A stretch of DNA of 62,272 nt, filler included, from Nitrospinota bacterium (GCA_030620925.1; 8 parts of 8 records of this genome joined end to end with filler, not necessarily neighbours in it); one strand, 5' to 3'. Positions 29,927 to 40,220 are shown, counted from the whole stretch's first letter. Numbers and translations are program-made. Notes: generated by a model from the letters alone, not told the origin.

Positions 29927-31713
29927 GTTACGCAGGAAAACTTTTACGGGTTGACCTGTCCAGCGGGAAGATTTCCACGGAGAACCTGAGCGCTTCTCTT
30001 CGAGACGAATACATCGGCGGGCGGGGGATGGCCTCCAAGATTCTCTACGACGAGATCGACCCTGCCGTCGATGCGCTGAGCCCTGAAAACAAACTCATTC
30101 TAACCACCGGCCCCCTCACCGGTACATCGATGCCCGGGGGGAGCAGATACATGGTGGTGGCCAAATCACCGCTCAGCAATACCGTTGCCTGTTCCAATTC
30201 CGGTGGTTATTTCGGCCCGGAGCTGAAATACGCCGGCTACGACATGATAGTGTTTGAAGGCAAGGCCGATAAACCCGTTTATCTTTTTATAAAGAACGAC
30301 CAGGTCGAGATTCGGGACGCCGAACACCTGTGGGGAAAGTCCGTGCCTGAGACGGAGGAAGCCCTTCTTCAGGAGACCTCCCCCGACGCCAAAATCTCCT
30401 CAATCGGTCCGGCGGGTGAGAAGCTGGTGAGGTTCGCGGCGGTGATGAACGACAAGCACCGGGCCGCGGGCCGCAACGGCGTGGGTGCGGTGATGGGTTC
30501 CAAGAACCTGAAGGCGGTGGTGGTGCGCGGCACCAACAGCCTTAAAATGGCCGATACCAAGGCCATGAGAGAGGTGTCGCTTAGAACTCTGGCCGCCATC
30601 AAGGCCAGTCCCATGACCGAGTTGTTCCAGTCTTTCGGCACCACCATGGCCGTGGACGTGAAAAATTCCCTGGGGCAGTTCCCCACCAGAAACCATCGAG
30701 AGACTGTCTTCGAAGGGGCCGGAAATATAAACTCTACCGCGGTCGGCGAGAAAGTGCTCGTCAGGAACAAGGCGTGTTTCGGCTGCCCCGTCGCCTGCGG
30801 GCGTGTGACCAAGGTGGACACCCCGCAGTATTCCGGTTCCGGGGAAGGCCCTGAATACGAGACCATCTGGTCCTTCGGCGCGGCTTGCGGGGTGGACGAT
30901 ATTGAGGTAATTACCCAGGCCAACTACATCTGCAACGAGATGGGTATGGACACCATCTCCGCCGGGGCCACCATCGCCTGCGCCATGGAGTTGGCCGAGG
31001 AAGGGCATATATCCGAAGACGTAGTGGGCAGAGAATTGCGGTTCGGGGATGCCGAGGCCATGTTGGAGCTTTTACAGAAGATAGTGGACAGAGAAGGTTT
31101 CGGCGACATACTGGCCGAGGGCAGCTATCGCATGGCACAGGAATACGGCCATCCCGAGCTGGCCATGACCGCCAAGATGCAGGAGCTGCCGGCCCATGGG
31201 AGCCGGGGCGCAAAAGGGCAGGGCCTGGCCTACGCCACTTCCAACCGCGGGGGCTGCCACCTGCGGGGCCCCATGTATTACATCGAGAGCTTCGGCAGGT
31301 TCGAGCAGCTGGACGCCCTTTCCACTGAAAAGAAAGCCCCCTGGCTCAAGACCCTTCAAGACCAGGTGGGCATAACCGATTCCATGGGCCTCTGCCTCTT
31401 CGTCCCCCACGAGCCCGAAGACGTTTACGCCGCTTACGTCGCCGACACCGGCTCCAAGCTCAGCCCTGAAGACCTGAACAGGGTCGGGGAGCGTATCCAT
31501 AACCTGGAGCGCGTGTTCAACCTCAAGGCGGGCCTCACCGGAGCGGACGACGCACTGCCTCCCAGGATCACCTCGGAGCCTGTGCCTGATGAGGGACCGG
31601 CCAAGGGGCAGGTGGTTGAGCTGGACCAGATGCTCCCCGAATATTACGATGTGCGGGGCTGGGATGCCAAGGGAGTGCCCACCAAAGAGAAACTGAAGGA
31701 GCTGGGTTTATAG
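29923..31713 (+). CDS. Aldehyde ferredoxin oxidoreductase family catalytic subunit, copy 2
   Basis: ATGA overlap with the Fe-S gene stop; CFGCPVAC, GPEYE, GMDTISAG, RGGCH. Confidence 0.92.
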   Translation: MSYAGKLLRVDLSSGKISTENLSASLRDEYIGGRGMASKILYDEIDPAVDALSPENKLILTTGPLTGTSMPGGSRYMVVAKSPLSNTVACSNSGGYFGPELKYAGYDMIVFEGKADKPVYLFIKNDQVEIRDAEHLWGKSVPETEEALLQETSPDAKISSIGPAGEKLVRFAAVMNDKHRAAGRNGVGAVMGSKNLKAVVVRGTNSLKMADTKAMREVSLRTLAAIKASPMTELFQSFGTTMAVDVKNSLGQFPTRNHRETVFEGAGNINSTAVGEKVLVRNKACFGCPVACGRVTKVDTPQYSGSGEGPEYETIWSFGAACGVDDIEVITQANYICNEMGMDTISAGATIACAMELAEEGHISEDVVGRELRFGDAEAMLELLQKIVDREGFGDILAEGSYRMAQEYGHPELAMTAKMQELPAHGSRGAKGQGLAYATSNRGGCHLRGPMYYIESFGRFEQLDALSTEKKAPWLKTLQDQVGITDSMGLCLFVPHEPEDVYAAYVADTGSKLSPEDLNRVGERIHNLERVFNLKAGLTGADDALPPRITSEPVPDEGPAKGQVVELDQMLPEYYDVRGWDAKGVPTKEKLKELGL

Positions 31714-31774
31714 CCTGAGGTCATGATGCGGAGGAAAAACGGGAAACGCATCATGTATCGTGAAAGGGAGCACC

Positions 31775-33040
31775 ATGACCGGTAAAACCAGACAGGTGAT
31801 TATAGGGAACAGCGGGGCGGGCTTGAGCGCCCTGAAGGCCATAAGGCAGATCGACGCCGACTGCCCCATAACCGTCATCACCGACCAGACCGAGAGGGCC
31901 TATTCGCCGGTTCTCACTACGTATTACATCGCCGGGAAGGTCCCCAGGGAGAAGCTCTTCATAACCGATGGAGCGTTTTACAGCGACCTGGGAGTGGACC
32001 TCGTGGCAGGGAAAAGAGCGGAGGCCGTGGACACAGCCTCTCAGAAGGTCGTCCTCGAAGACGGTTCCAAAATAGATTACGATAACCTGCTCATAGCCAC
32101 CGGAGCTTCCGCCAAGAAGCTCTCCATCCCCGGTGGTGATCTGCCGCAGGTGCGCACGCTGAGGACTCTGGAGGACGCCGAGGCAATAAGCGACCTGGCT
32201 CAGAAAGGGGTCAAAGATATTGTGGTGCTGGGCGCCGGGCTGGTCAGCCTTCAGACGGCCGATGCCGTTTATGCTGAGGGCATGAACCTCACCTTTCTGG
32301 TGGGCTCCAATCAGGTCCTCTCGCAGAACGTGGATAAGAGCTGCGCCGAGATAGTAAAGGCACAATTGGAATCGAAGAAGGCCGTCATACATTTCGGCAC
32401 TGATGCGGAGGCCATCGAGGAGAACAAGGGCAGGGCGGTGGTCGTCTCCAAAACGGGAGAGAAATATCCGGCGGACGTGGTGATAGTCGGAAAGGGGGTG
32501 GACCCCAACGTCCAGCCGGCACAAGAGGGCGGCATCGCGGTTAACAGGGGCATCCTGGTGGATGAATACATGAGAGCCGGATCGCCCAACGTATACGCCG
32601 CCGGGGACGTCGCCGAAGGCCCCAGCTTTCATACCGGTCAGCCCGAGGTGATGGCCACCTGGTATAACGCATGCAATCAGGGCCGGATAGCGGGCATGAA
32701 TATGGCCGGTAAAGAGGAGCCTTTCATAGGGGGCCTGAACCGCAATATCACCTCCGTTTTCGACACCACCGTGGCTTCGGTGGGCGCGGTCAAAAGGCTG
32801 GAAGGCGGTGATGCGGAAGAAATCGTGATAGACAGGGCCGCCGAGGGTATATACAGGAAGCTGTTGCTGCAGGATGACGTGGTGCAGGGAGCGGTTCTCA
32901 TGGGCAGGATAAACGACGCGGGCATGGCCTTGAACCTCATACAGAAACGGGTCAAAATATCGCCCCGGAGAGAGATGCCCGATAAGTCCTTAATGGACCT
33001 GCGCCGGGTATACTGTGCCGGTGTTAACCCCTCTGCGTAA
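31775..33040 (+). CDS. FAD/NAD(P)-dependent oxidoreductase (AorC/NirB-like)
   Basis: IIGNSGAG, LLIATGA, GAGLVS, YAAGDVAE. Confidence 0.88.
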   Translation: MTGKTRQVIIGNSGAGLSALKAIRQIDADCPITVITDQTERAYSPVLTTYYIAGKVPREKLFITDGAFYSDLGVDLVAGKRAEAVDTASQKVVLEDGSKIDYDNLLIATGASAKKLSIPGGDLPQVRTLRTLEDAEAISDLAQKGVKDIVVLGAGLVSLQTADAVYAEGMNLTFLVGSNQVLSQNVDKSCAEIVKAQLESKKAVIHFGTDAEAIEENKGRAVVVSKTGEKYPADVVIVGKGVDPNVQPAQEGGIAVNRGILVDEYMRAGSPNVYAAGDVAEGPSFHTGQPEVMATWYNACNQGRIAGMNMAGKEEPFIGGLNRNITSVFDTTVASVGAVKRLEGGDAEEIVIDRAAEGIYRKLLLQDDVVQGAVLMGRINDAGMALNLIQKRVKISPRREMPDKSLMDLRRVYCAGVNPSA

Positions 33041-33081
33041 AGTGAAAATTTCCAAGCTGTTTTGAGAACGTCTCAAGTCGA

Positions 33082-33119
33082 TGCCGCCCTCACCCTGGTG
33101 GGGGCGGCACCAGTTTTTT
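33082..33119 (+). terminator. Intrinsic terminator after the AOR cluster
   Basis: TGCCGCCCTCACC...GGTGGGGGCGGCA followed closely by a T-run. Confidence 0.65.
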
Positions 33120-33163
33120 AAGAGGGTATAATGGTTCTAAACCATAAGGACAATTTAAATATC

Positions 33164-33227
33164 ATGCATGATCGAAAACCCCTTCACGGTATCCGCGTGA
33201 TAGACCTTTGCGCGTTTCTCGCCGGGC
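33164..33227 (+). CDS. N-terminus of a family III (CaiB/BaiF) CoA-transferase, truncated
   Basis: MHDRKPLHGIRVIDLCAFLAG matches the PLxGxRVxDL..xxAGP signature; not in the ORF track. Confidence 0.7.
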
Positions 33228-33327
33228 NNNNNNNNNNNNNNNNNNNNNNNNNNNNNNNNNNNNNNNNNNNNTTAATTAATTAANNNNNNNNNNNNNNNNN
33301 NNNNNNNNNNNNNNNNNNNNNNNNNNN
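33228..33327. other. Artificial contig-joining spacer
   Basis: N44-TTAATTAATTAA-N44. Confidence 0.98.
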
Positions 33328-33328
33328 C

Positions 33329-34033
33329 AGCAAGGGGGCCACCTACAAAGCGTTGGAATACACAGGGGAAGCGGTGGAGTACATGGATATCGCAGGCAGG
33401 GCCACCTTAGGGAACATGGCAGTAGAGGCCGGAGCCAAGACGGGCATGGTCCCCACAGATGAGGTGACCAGAGAATTTCTGAAAGGGCGAGGTCGAGAAC
33501 ATCTATATAGAGACCTGAAAGCCGACCCCGATGCACAGTATGAGAGAGTAGTGGAGATAGATGCCGCCAACCTGGAGCCCACGGTCGCCTGCCCTCACCT
33601 GGTTGACAACATAAAGCCAGTGAGCGAACTGGATGACGTGTGGGTGGACCAGGTGTTCATCGGCACTTCCTGCAACGGCCGCATCGAGGATTTCCACTCC
33701 GCCGCACAGATACTCAAGGGCAGGAGAGTGGCCGAAGGAGTTAGACTGATCGCAACACCCGCCTCAAAGAGAACCTACATACAGGGACTAACCGATGGGA
33801 CGTGGGCCACTTTGTTAGAGGCCGGAGGGGTTGTCACAGGGTCGGGTTGCGGCGCATGTGTGGGTGTGCATGAGGGGGTGCTGGCCGACGGCGAAGTCTG
33901 CTTGGCCACCAATCCGCGCAACTTCAAGGGGAGAATGGGAAACCCCAACGCTTTCATATACCTGGGGTCCCCTGCTCTGGCCGCAGCCACAGCCGTAGAA
34001 GGCAAAATAACCGATCCTCGTCAATTTTTATGA
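33329..34033 (+). CDS. leuC: 3-isopropylmalate dehydratase/homoaconitase large subunit (archaeal-type), 5' truncated
   Basis: GATYKALEY, NMAVEAGAK, GCGACVG, RNFKGRMG, YLGSP. Confidence 0.85.
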   Translation, partial: SKGATYKALEYTGEAVEYMDIAGRATLGNMAVEAGAKTGMVPTDEVTREFLKGRGREHLYRDLKADPDAQYERVVEIDAANLEPTVACPHLVDNIKPVSELDDVWVDQVFIGTSCNGRIEDFHSAAQILKGRRVAEGVRLIATPASKRTYIQGLTDGTWATLLEAGGVVTGSGCGACVGVHEGVLADGEVCLATNPRNFKGRMGNPNAFIYLGSPALAAATAVEGKITDPRQFL

Positions 34034-34093
34034 TGATTATTATGGGCTGAAAGTTGATGTTGGAAGTGAGAGTTATGCAGGGGGAATTATACA

Positions 34094-34591
34094 ATGGCAT
34101 TAAAGGGTAAAGCGTGGAAGTTCGGCGATGATATAAGCACGGATCTTATCGCTCCGGGGAGGTTGTTCCATCTGCGGTCCAACATTCCTGAGCTAGCCAA
34201 ACACGTTATGGAGGATGCCCGCCCGGGTTTCTATTCTCTGATAAACAGGGGAGACTTCATTGTAGCGGGGGAGAATTTCGGCCAGGGCTCTAGCCGTGAG
34301 CATGCTCCCACAGCCTTAAAGCTGGCTGGCATAGCAGCGATAGCAGCAAAAAGCTATGCTCGCATCTTCTACCGCAACTGCATCAATATCGGGCTTCCCG
34401 CTGTGATATGTGATACGGATCAGATAAAGGAGGGGGATGAGCTCGAGCTGGACCTGGAAGCGGGCCTCCTGATAAACCACAACAGAGACAAGCGGCTGAC
34501 CTTCCCCGCCCTTCCAGGGATTATGAACGATATCTTGAGAGAAGGAGGCCTTGTGGAGTACGTAAAGAAACATGGTGATATAAAGATTTAA
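34094..34591 (+). CDS. leuD: 3-isopropylmalate dehydratase/homoaconitase small subunit
   Basis: FGDDISTDLIAP, NFGQGSSREHA, SYARIFYRN. Confidence 0.88.
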   Translation: MALKGKAWKFGDDISTDLIAPGRLFHLRSNIPELAKHVMEDARPGFYSLINRGDFIVAGENFGQGSSREHAPTALKLAGIAAIAAKSYARIFYRNCINIGLPAVICDTDQIKEGDELELDLEAGLLINHNRDKRLTFPALPGIMNDILREGGLVEYVKKHGDIKI

Positions 34592-34901
34592 AGCATGTTG
34601 AACGGTCCTCTTCACTCGAAGTTCTTCCTGAGTCTAACAATATAATATCGGTCACACCTGTTAGATGCTTTTACCTCGTAGCGCGCGGGTAAAAGCGGTA
34701 TCCTCCCGAGATTACTTCTGTATGCTCACCGCCGTGCCGGTAACTGTATGACATCAGCAAAAATGAGAATCGTTGAAGCACTGAATTAAGTTAGAATGTC
34801 CAAATAGAGGGACACATCCCTGAAAGTTTGACGGATAATGTTAATTTTGTGAAACCAGGCAGTGTATCAACTTCCTACACAATGTGTCCAGTCAGAGGGG
34901 T

Positions 34902-35690
34902 TCACTCCAAATCTACACCTGAAAATAGGTCTCTTTCTATCTTATCAGAAGTATTTATTCTCCCGGCGGCGAGCTGGAAATAGTTGATGCTGAGGTATTT
35001 CTCCTTCAGACCCTCCGTTTCCCGGTCATGTTTTTTGTGAGCGGGCTCAAGCTGTGTCCAGTGGCATCGGATGGCCCTGGCCCTCACATCCTCGAAACCT
35101 GAAACATCTATCTCAGTTGTCACAAGGCTGTCTTCGGTTCCCCTTAAATTCAGGTTGAATGCTTCCACCATCCGCTGCGGCAGAACGTAGAAGTATAATT
35201 TGGAAGGGCTGTGAGGCTCCCTATCACCGAAAATTCCTCCGCTGAAACGCCGTGGGTCGCCGGCGGCACGAAACGCTTCTTCGGTCGCCCTACCCACCAC
35301 TATATGATCGGTGTGACCCGTTATCCCTTCGGGGCCGAAAGTGATCAAAACCTGGGGTTTGAGCTCGCGAACGGCGGCCACTATCCCGCCGGTCAATTCC
35401 TGGAAATCCATTTCCTGCAGGCCGCCGTCCGGATATCCGAGGACTCTGAAATCGGTTAAATTGATGGCTTCCGCGGCACATTTGAGCTCCTCTTCCCGCA
35501 TCCTGGCAACTTCCTCCATTGATAAGGACCCCTCCTCTCTTCTCACCGCTCCCTTTTCGCCCCGTGTGGCGCAGACCAGATAAGTCTTCACCCCCAGGGT
35601 CGCATATTTTGCCAGGGTGGAGGCAGGCCCGAAGGATTCGTCGTTGGGGTGGGCGAAAACCGCCATAATAGAAAAACGCTCCTCAGCCAT
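34902..35690 (-). CDS. PIG-L/LmbE family N-acetylglucosamine deacetylase (MshB/BshB-like)
   Basis: AHPNDES, TRGEKG, YPDGGL, GHTDH, CHWTQ. Confidence 0.85.
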   Translation of the reverse strand: MAEERFSIMAVFAHPNDESFGPASTLAKYATLGVKTYLVCATRGEKGAVRREEGSLSMEEVARMREEELKCAAEAINLTDFRVLGYPDGGLQEMDFQELTGGIVAAVRELKPQVLITFGPEGITGHTDHIVVGRATEEAFRAAGDPRRFSGGIFGDREPHSPSKLYFYVLPQRMVEAFNLNLRGTEDSLVTTEIDVSGFEDVRARAIRCHWTQLEPAHKKHDRETEGLKEKYLSINYFQLAAGRINTSDKIERDLFSGVDLE

Positions 35691-35851
35691 AAAAATTCTC
35701 CTATTATTTCCCACCAGGAGTACTCTTTCCTTCTTATCCCTTCTATAAACACCGCTTCCTTAGTTTATTATAGAAGCAAATGGCTCCGCCGCAAGTTTTT
35801 AAAACAAAGCCCGTTAACATGGCGGCTCGGATTTTTTTTATGAAAAACCTG

Positions 35852-35904
35852 TTGACACCTTACAATCCAGGAACTATAATCCCTACCATACGGATAGGGA
35901 ATTA
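35852..35904 (+). promoter_or_regulatory. Consensus sigma70 promoter with overlapping Rrf2-type operator
   Basis: TTGACA-N17-TATAAT (35852-35880) followed by the inverted repeat TCCCTA-CCATACGGA-TAGGGA. Confidence 0.75.
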
Positions 35905-35969
35905 CTCGATATGAAGTTTATTCAAGAGAGGATTTTATAACTCCTCCCATCTAGTAAAAGCGGAGAAAA

Positions 35970-36503
35970 ATGAAAATATCAGCTAAAGGCGAATATGCGC
36001 TTCAGGCGGTTAACTACCTGGCCCACAAGCACGGCCAGGGCTACATCCAGCTCAAGGAGATAGCTCTCCACGAACGAATACCGCTGAAGTTTCTGGAGCA
36101 GATACTCACCGCCCTTAAAAACAGCGGGATTTTAAAGAGCCGAAGCGGCCCCGGGGGGGGTTATTATTTGAGCCGCCCTCCCTCGGAGGTGACGGTGGCC
36201 CAGGTGTTACAATCCATGGACCTGTCCGCCTCGCCGGTGGACTGTCTCAACGAGTGTAACGAGTTTGAATGCGGAAAAAATAACGAGAGAGACCTGTGCG
36301 ATCTCCGCTGGCTCTGGAAGGACATAAGGGAAGAGACGGTCAAAATACTGGAAAGCACGACCTTTCAGGATATTCGCGAGAGAAAGGCCAGGGCGACCCG
36401 GAGCGGGGAGACGACGGGTTCAACCGAAGGACGAGCTGAAGAGTCTTCCCGGAGTGATAAAAAGGTTCACGGAACAGTTCGGCCCATCATAAATAGGAGG
36501 TAA
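35970..36503 (+). CDS. Rrf2 family regulator (IscR/CymR-like)
   Basis: ISAKGEYAL, FLEQIL, SRSGPGGGYYL, Cys cluster; leads the cysteine desulfurase-scaffold operon. Confidence 0.88.
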   Translation: MKISAKGEYALQAVNYLAHKHGQGYIQLKEIALHERIPLKFLEQILTALKNSGILKSRSGPGGGYYLSRPPSEVTVAQVLQSMDLSASPVDCLNECNEFECGKNNERDLCDLRWLWKDIREETVKILESTTFQDIRERKARATRSGETTGSTEGRAEESSRSDKKVHGTVRPIINRR

Positions 36504-36508
36504 TTCAA

Positions 36509-37669
36509 TTGCGCAGGGTATACCTTGACAATAACGCCACCACCGCATTGACTCCGGAAGTATTAGAGGCGATACTTCCCTACTACCGCGAAAATTTCGG
36601 CAACTCCTCCAGCATCCACTGGTTCGGGCGGGAATGCCGGAAAGCGGTTGAAGACGCCCGCGATAACGTCGCCGCCCTGATAGGAGCCGACCCTTCGGAG
36701 ATAGTATTTACCGGCGGCGGGAGCGAAGCGGACAATATGGCCATAAAAGGAGTGGCCTACCAGAAGATGGGCAAAGGCCGCCATATCATCACCACCCGGA
36801 TAGAGCACCACGCGGTGCTCGACACCTGCAAATTTCTGGGCAAAAACGGCTTTGAAATTACTTACCTCCCCGTGGATCAATACGGCCTGGTGGACCCCCA
36901 ATCGCTCAGGGACAGCATCAGGGACGATACCATCCTGGTAACCATCATGCACTCCAACAACGAAATGGGAACCCTCCAACCAATAGAAGAACTGGCCTCC
37001 ATAGCCAGGGAAAAGGGGATAATCTTTCATACCGACGCAGTGCAGAGCATGGGCAAGGTGGATACCGACGTCAATAAGCTCGGTGTCGATCTGCTCACCT
37101 TCTCCGCCCACAAACTCCACGGCCCGAAAGGAGTGGGGGGCCTTTACATAAGGAAAAAGACCAAGTTAACCCCGCTGATCCATGGCGGCCATCAGGAAAA
37201 CGGCCGCAGGGCGGGCACGGAAAACGTGGCGGGGATCGTGGGCATGGGAAAAGCCTTCGAGCTGGCCGCAGTGGACATGGAAGCCAAGAACGATTATATC
37301 CGCGGCATCAGGGACAACCTCGAGGACGCAGTAGTGGACACCATCCCTGAAGTTCAGGTCAACGGCCATCCGGAAAAGCGCCTCCCCAACACCACCAACA
37401 TCAGTTTTAAATTCGTGGAGGGGGAATCGCTGCTCATCAACCTGGACCTCAGGGGAGTGGCCATCTCTACCGGCTCCGCATGCACCTCAGGTTCGCTGGA
37501 GCCCTCGCACGTCCTCCAGGCCATGGGAATTCCCCACGAGGTCATCCACGGCTCGCTTCGCTTAAGTTTCAGTAGCATGAACACGAAAGAGGATGTAGAA
37601 TATACAATGGAGGTGTTGCCCGGCATAGTGGAGAAAGTCCGCGCCATGTCTCCGCTATGGGAAGGGTAG
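36509..37669 (+). CDS. nifS: Cysteine desulfurase (NifS/IscS)
   Basis: YLDNNATT, HTDAVQ, SAHKLHGPKG, STGSACTS. Confidence 0.93.
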   Translation: MRRVYLDNNATTALTPEVLEAILPYYRENFGNSSSIHWFGRECRKAVEDARDNVAALIGADPSEIVFTGGGSEADNMAIKGVAYQKMGKGRHIITTRIEHHAVLDTCKFLGKNGFEITYLPVDQYGLVDPQSLRDSIRDDTILVTIMHSNNEMGTLQPIEELASIAREKGIIFHTDAVQSMGKVDTDVNKLGVDLLTFSAHKLHGPKGVGGLYIRKKTKLTPLIHGGHQENGRRAGTENVAGIVGMGKAFELAAVDMEAKNDYIRGIRDNLEDAVVDTIPEVQVNGHPEKRLPNTTNISFKFVEGESLLINLDLRGVAISTGSACTSGSLEPSHVLQAMGIPHEVIHGSLRLSFSSMNTKEDVEYTMEVLPGIVEKVRAMSPLWEG

Positions 37670-37708
37670 GCATTTCAGTTTCCTGTTAATCCGGGAGAGA
37701 ACAACAAC

Positions 37709-38077
37709 ATGATTTACAGCGATAAGGTAATGGAACACTTCGAAAACCCCCGCAACGTGGGCGTCATTGAGGATGCCAGCGGCGTAGGCACCGTCGGGAA
37801 CCCCGCCTGCGGGGATATCATGAAGCTCTACATAAAGGTGATAGACGAAAAGATAGAAGACGTGAAATTCAAGACCTTCGGCTGCGGGGCGGCGGTGGCC
37901 ACCAGCTCCATGGTAACCGAGCTGGTTAAAGGGAAGACCATAGAAGAAGCGCTCCTAATAACCAACAAGACGGTCATAGAAGCCCTGGACGGGCTTCCCA
38001 AGAACAAAATACACTGCTCCGTCCTCGCTGAGGACGCATTGAAAGCGGCGATAGAAGACTACCGGAATAATGGATAG
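37709..38077 (+). CDS. iscU: Fe-S cluster scaffold (IscU/NifU N-terminal type)
   Basis: HFENPRNVG, PACGD, FGCGAA, KIHCS. Confidence 0.92.
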   Translation: MIYSDKVMEHFENPRNVGVIEDASGVGTVGNPACGDIMKLYIKVIDEKIEDVKFKTFGCGAAVATSSMVTELVKGKTIEEALLITNKTVIEALDGLPKNKIHCSVLAEDALKAAIEDYRNNG

Positions 38078-38079
38078 GA

Positions 38080-38553
38080 TCAACTCCGGTCCCGCTGAAA
38101 GCGTGGTTCTCCCGCCCGGTGGCGGAAGTAGTCGTTGAGAATTCGGCCGTGGTCGAAAGCCAGTTCCGGAAGGTTATCTTCAATGAAAAGGGCGGCTTCC
38201 CTGGCATCATCATCTGCCCGGGGCCGTCCTTTCGCTTTTCCGATGAAAACGGTGGTTATGGTATGCATTCGGGCATCTCGAGAGGGGTCTGAATAAGAGT
38301 GAAACTGCCCCTCGAGCTCAACGTCCAGTGAAGTCTCCTCCACGGCCTCCCGCACCGCCGCCGCCTCCAGGCTCTCCCCGTAATCGACGAACCCCCCGGG
38401 AATGGCCCAGCCCAACGGCGGGTATTTTCGCTTGATGAGCACGATACCTCGTTCCCCCTCCTCGGTCTCACACTCTATGATTATGTCCACCGTGGGGAAG
38501 GGTTTCCTCAACTTCACCTGTTCGGTGCCGCACTCAGGGCATTTGAAATCCAC
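38080..38553 (-). CDS. NUDIX hydrolase with N-terminal Zn-ribbon remnant
   Basis: Nudix box [37 protein letters not shown] start at 38553 is inferred. Confidence 0.88.
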   Translation of the reverse strand: MDFKCPECGTEQVKLRKPFPTVDIIIECETEEGERGIVLIKRKYPPLGWAIPGGFVDYGESLEAAAVREAVEETSLDVELEGQFHSYSDPSRDARMHTITTVFIGKAKGRPRADDDAREAALFIEDNLPELAFDHGRILNDYFRHRAGEPRFQRDRS

Positions 38554-38615
38554 CTTACCTACCTCTTTGCTAAGGTTAATCTGTTGCCCACACACGACTC
38601 ATGAGCATTACCCTC

Positions 38616-38813
38616 TCAGGGCGTCGTCTCTGTATCCTTGTCCGATAGAGTGCGAAAATATTCGTAACATTTAGCGCAGGAGCCGTCCGTCTCCACCCAC
38701 TCGGGGTTCTTCTTCTTTATCAAATCCACGATGGCCTTCTCCATCTTCTGATGCATGTAGATACTTTCTTCAGGCACGGATTCGCCGCACAACGAGCATT
38801 GGGATTCAGCCAT
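38616..38813 (-). CDS. Small putative Zn-binding hypothetical protein
   Basis: RBS GGAGGT; CSLC...H...NPEW...CAKC. Confidence 0.65.
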   Translation of the reverse strand: MAESQCSLCGESVPEESIYMHQKMEKAIVDLIKKKNPEWVETDGSCAKCYEYFRTLSDKDTETTP

Positions 38814-38893
38814 TTTTTCACCTCCATCAATCGTGATGCTTCCCACATCCGTTTATTTATACATGGCCCGCAGCTGGTAGACACATTAATGGT

Positions 38894-39580
38894 TTAGCTG
38901 TAAGGAGCGGGGTCTTCGATTCCCGCGTCCCGGAACCCCTTGAGGCGAAGGAGACAACTATCACACCGGCCGCAGGACCGGCCCTGCTCATCCGGATCGT
39001 AGCAGCTATGAGTCCGGGCGAAATCCACCCCCAGCTCAATTCCCTTACGTATTATATCAGCCTTGCTCATCTGAATGAGAGGTGTCCTGATGCGAATAAC
39101 GGCTGTGCCCTCCACACCCGTCTTGGTGGCCAGATTGGCCATTTTTTCAAATGCGGCTATATATTCCGGCCGGCAGTCGGGGTAGCCGCTGTAATCGAGG
39201 GCGTTCACGCCGATGAAAATGTCTTCCGCCCCTAATACCTCCGCCCAGGCCAGGGCCAGGGAAAGGAATACGGTGTTCCTCGCCGGAACGTAAGTGGAGG
39301 GTATCTCCGCGCCGATCTCGGCTTCCGGGGTGTCCTTGGGGACCTCCATTTCGTCGGTGAGAGAAGAGCCGCCGAAAGCACGAAGGTCTACTTCGATGAC
39401 CTTGTGCCCGGCGGCTCCCATCCGTTCCGCCGCATTGGCCGCGCAGCGAAGCTCATGCCGGTGCCTCTGCCCGTAATCGAAGCTCAGGGCGTACACCTCA
39501 TAACCTTCAGACACTGCTATGGCCATGCAAGTGGTGGAATCCACTCCGCCGCTTGCCAGCACCACTGCCCGCTTCCCCAT
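38894..39580 (-). CDS. queC: 7-cyano-7-deazaguanine synthase
   Basis: SGGVDS, YGQRH, TYVPARN, GYPDCR, SCY...CGRCDSC. Confidence 0.96.
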   Translation of the reverse strand: MGKRAVVLASGGVDSTTCMAIAVSEGYEVYALSFDYGQRHRHELRCAANAAERMGAAGHKVIEVDLRAFGGSSLTDEMEVPKDTPEAEIGAEIPSTYVPARNTVFLSLALAWAEVLGAEDIFIGVNALDYSGYPDCRPEYIAAFEKMANLATKTGVEGTAVIRIRTPLIQMSKADIIRKGIELGVDFARTHSCYDPDEQGRSCGRCDSCLLRLKGFRDAGIEDPAPYS

Positions 39581-39581
39581 A

Positions 39582-40220
39582 TCATACCCCCCTCGCGTCG
39601 GGTTCCCATATATACTTGTGCAATTGGAGCTGGAGGCGCGCCTGCAGGCCGTCTTTCAGTATCCATTCCGCCAGCTCCCTGGGAGCCACATGGCCGTATA
39701 CCGGGCCCATCAGCAGGCAACACCTCATCGCCAGCCGATTGTCGGTTATAACTTCTCTGGCCCAGAGGTAATCCTCGCGGCTCCCGACGACGAACTTTAT
39801 CTGATCCCTCTCGGTGAGGTGGTCGAAGTTGCTGAACAGGTTTTTATCAGATTCCCCGCTACCGGGGCATTTCAGGTCCATTATCTTGATCACCCTGGGG
39901 TCCACGCGGCTTACGTCCACGCTCCCGTTGGTCTCCAGGAGGAGATGATAACCCCGTGACTGCAGGTTTTCCATGACGTCGTAGACCTCCGGCTGCAACA
40001 GCGGTTCGCCGCCGGTCAATTCCACCAGTCTGCATCTGTAAGCCTGCACTCTCTCGATGACATCCGCAACGGACATCTCCGCCCCTTCCTCGTAGGCATA
40101 CTGCGTGTCGCAGTATCGGCAGCGGAGGTTGCAGCCGGTGAGGCGCACGAAAACGCAAGGGAGCCCCGCATAAACGGATTCACCCTGTATGCTGAAAAAA
40201 ATCTCGTTTACCTTGAGCAT
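39582..40220 (-). CDS. queE: 7-carboxy-7-deazaguanine synthase (radical SAM)
   Basis: [33 protein letters not shown]; start overlaps the queD stop. Confidence 0.95.
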   Translation of the reverse strand: MLKVNEIFFSIQGESVYAGLPCVFVRLTGCNLRCRYCDTQYAYEEGAEMSVADVIERVQAYRCRLVELTGGEPLLQPEVYDVMENLQSRGYHLLLETNGSVDVSRVDPRVIKIMDLKCPGSGESDKNLFSNFDHLTERDQIKFVVGSREDYLWAREVITDNRLAMRCCLLMGPVYGHVAPRELAEWILKDGLQARLQLQLHKYIWEPDARGV

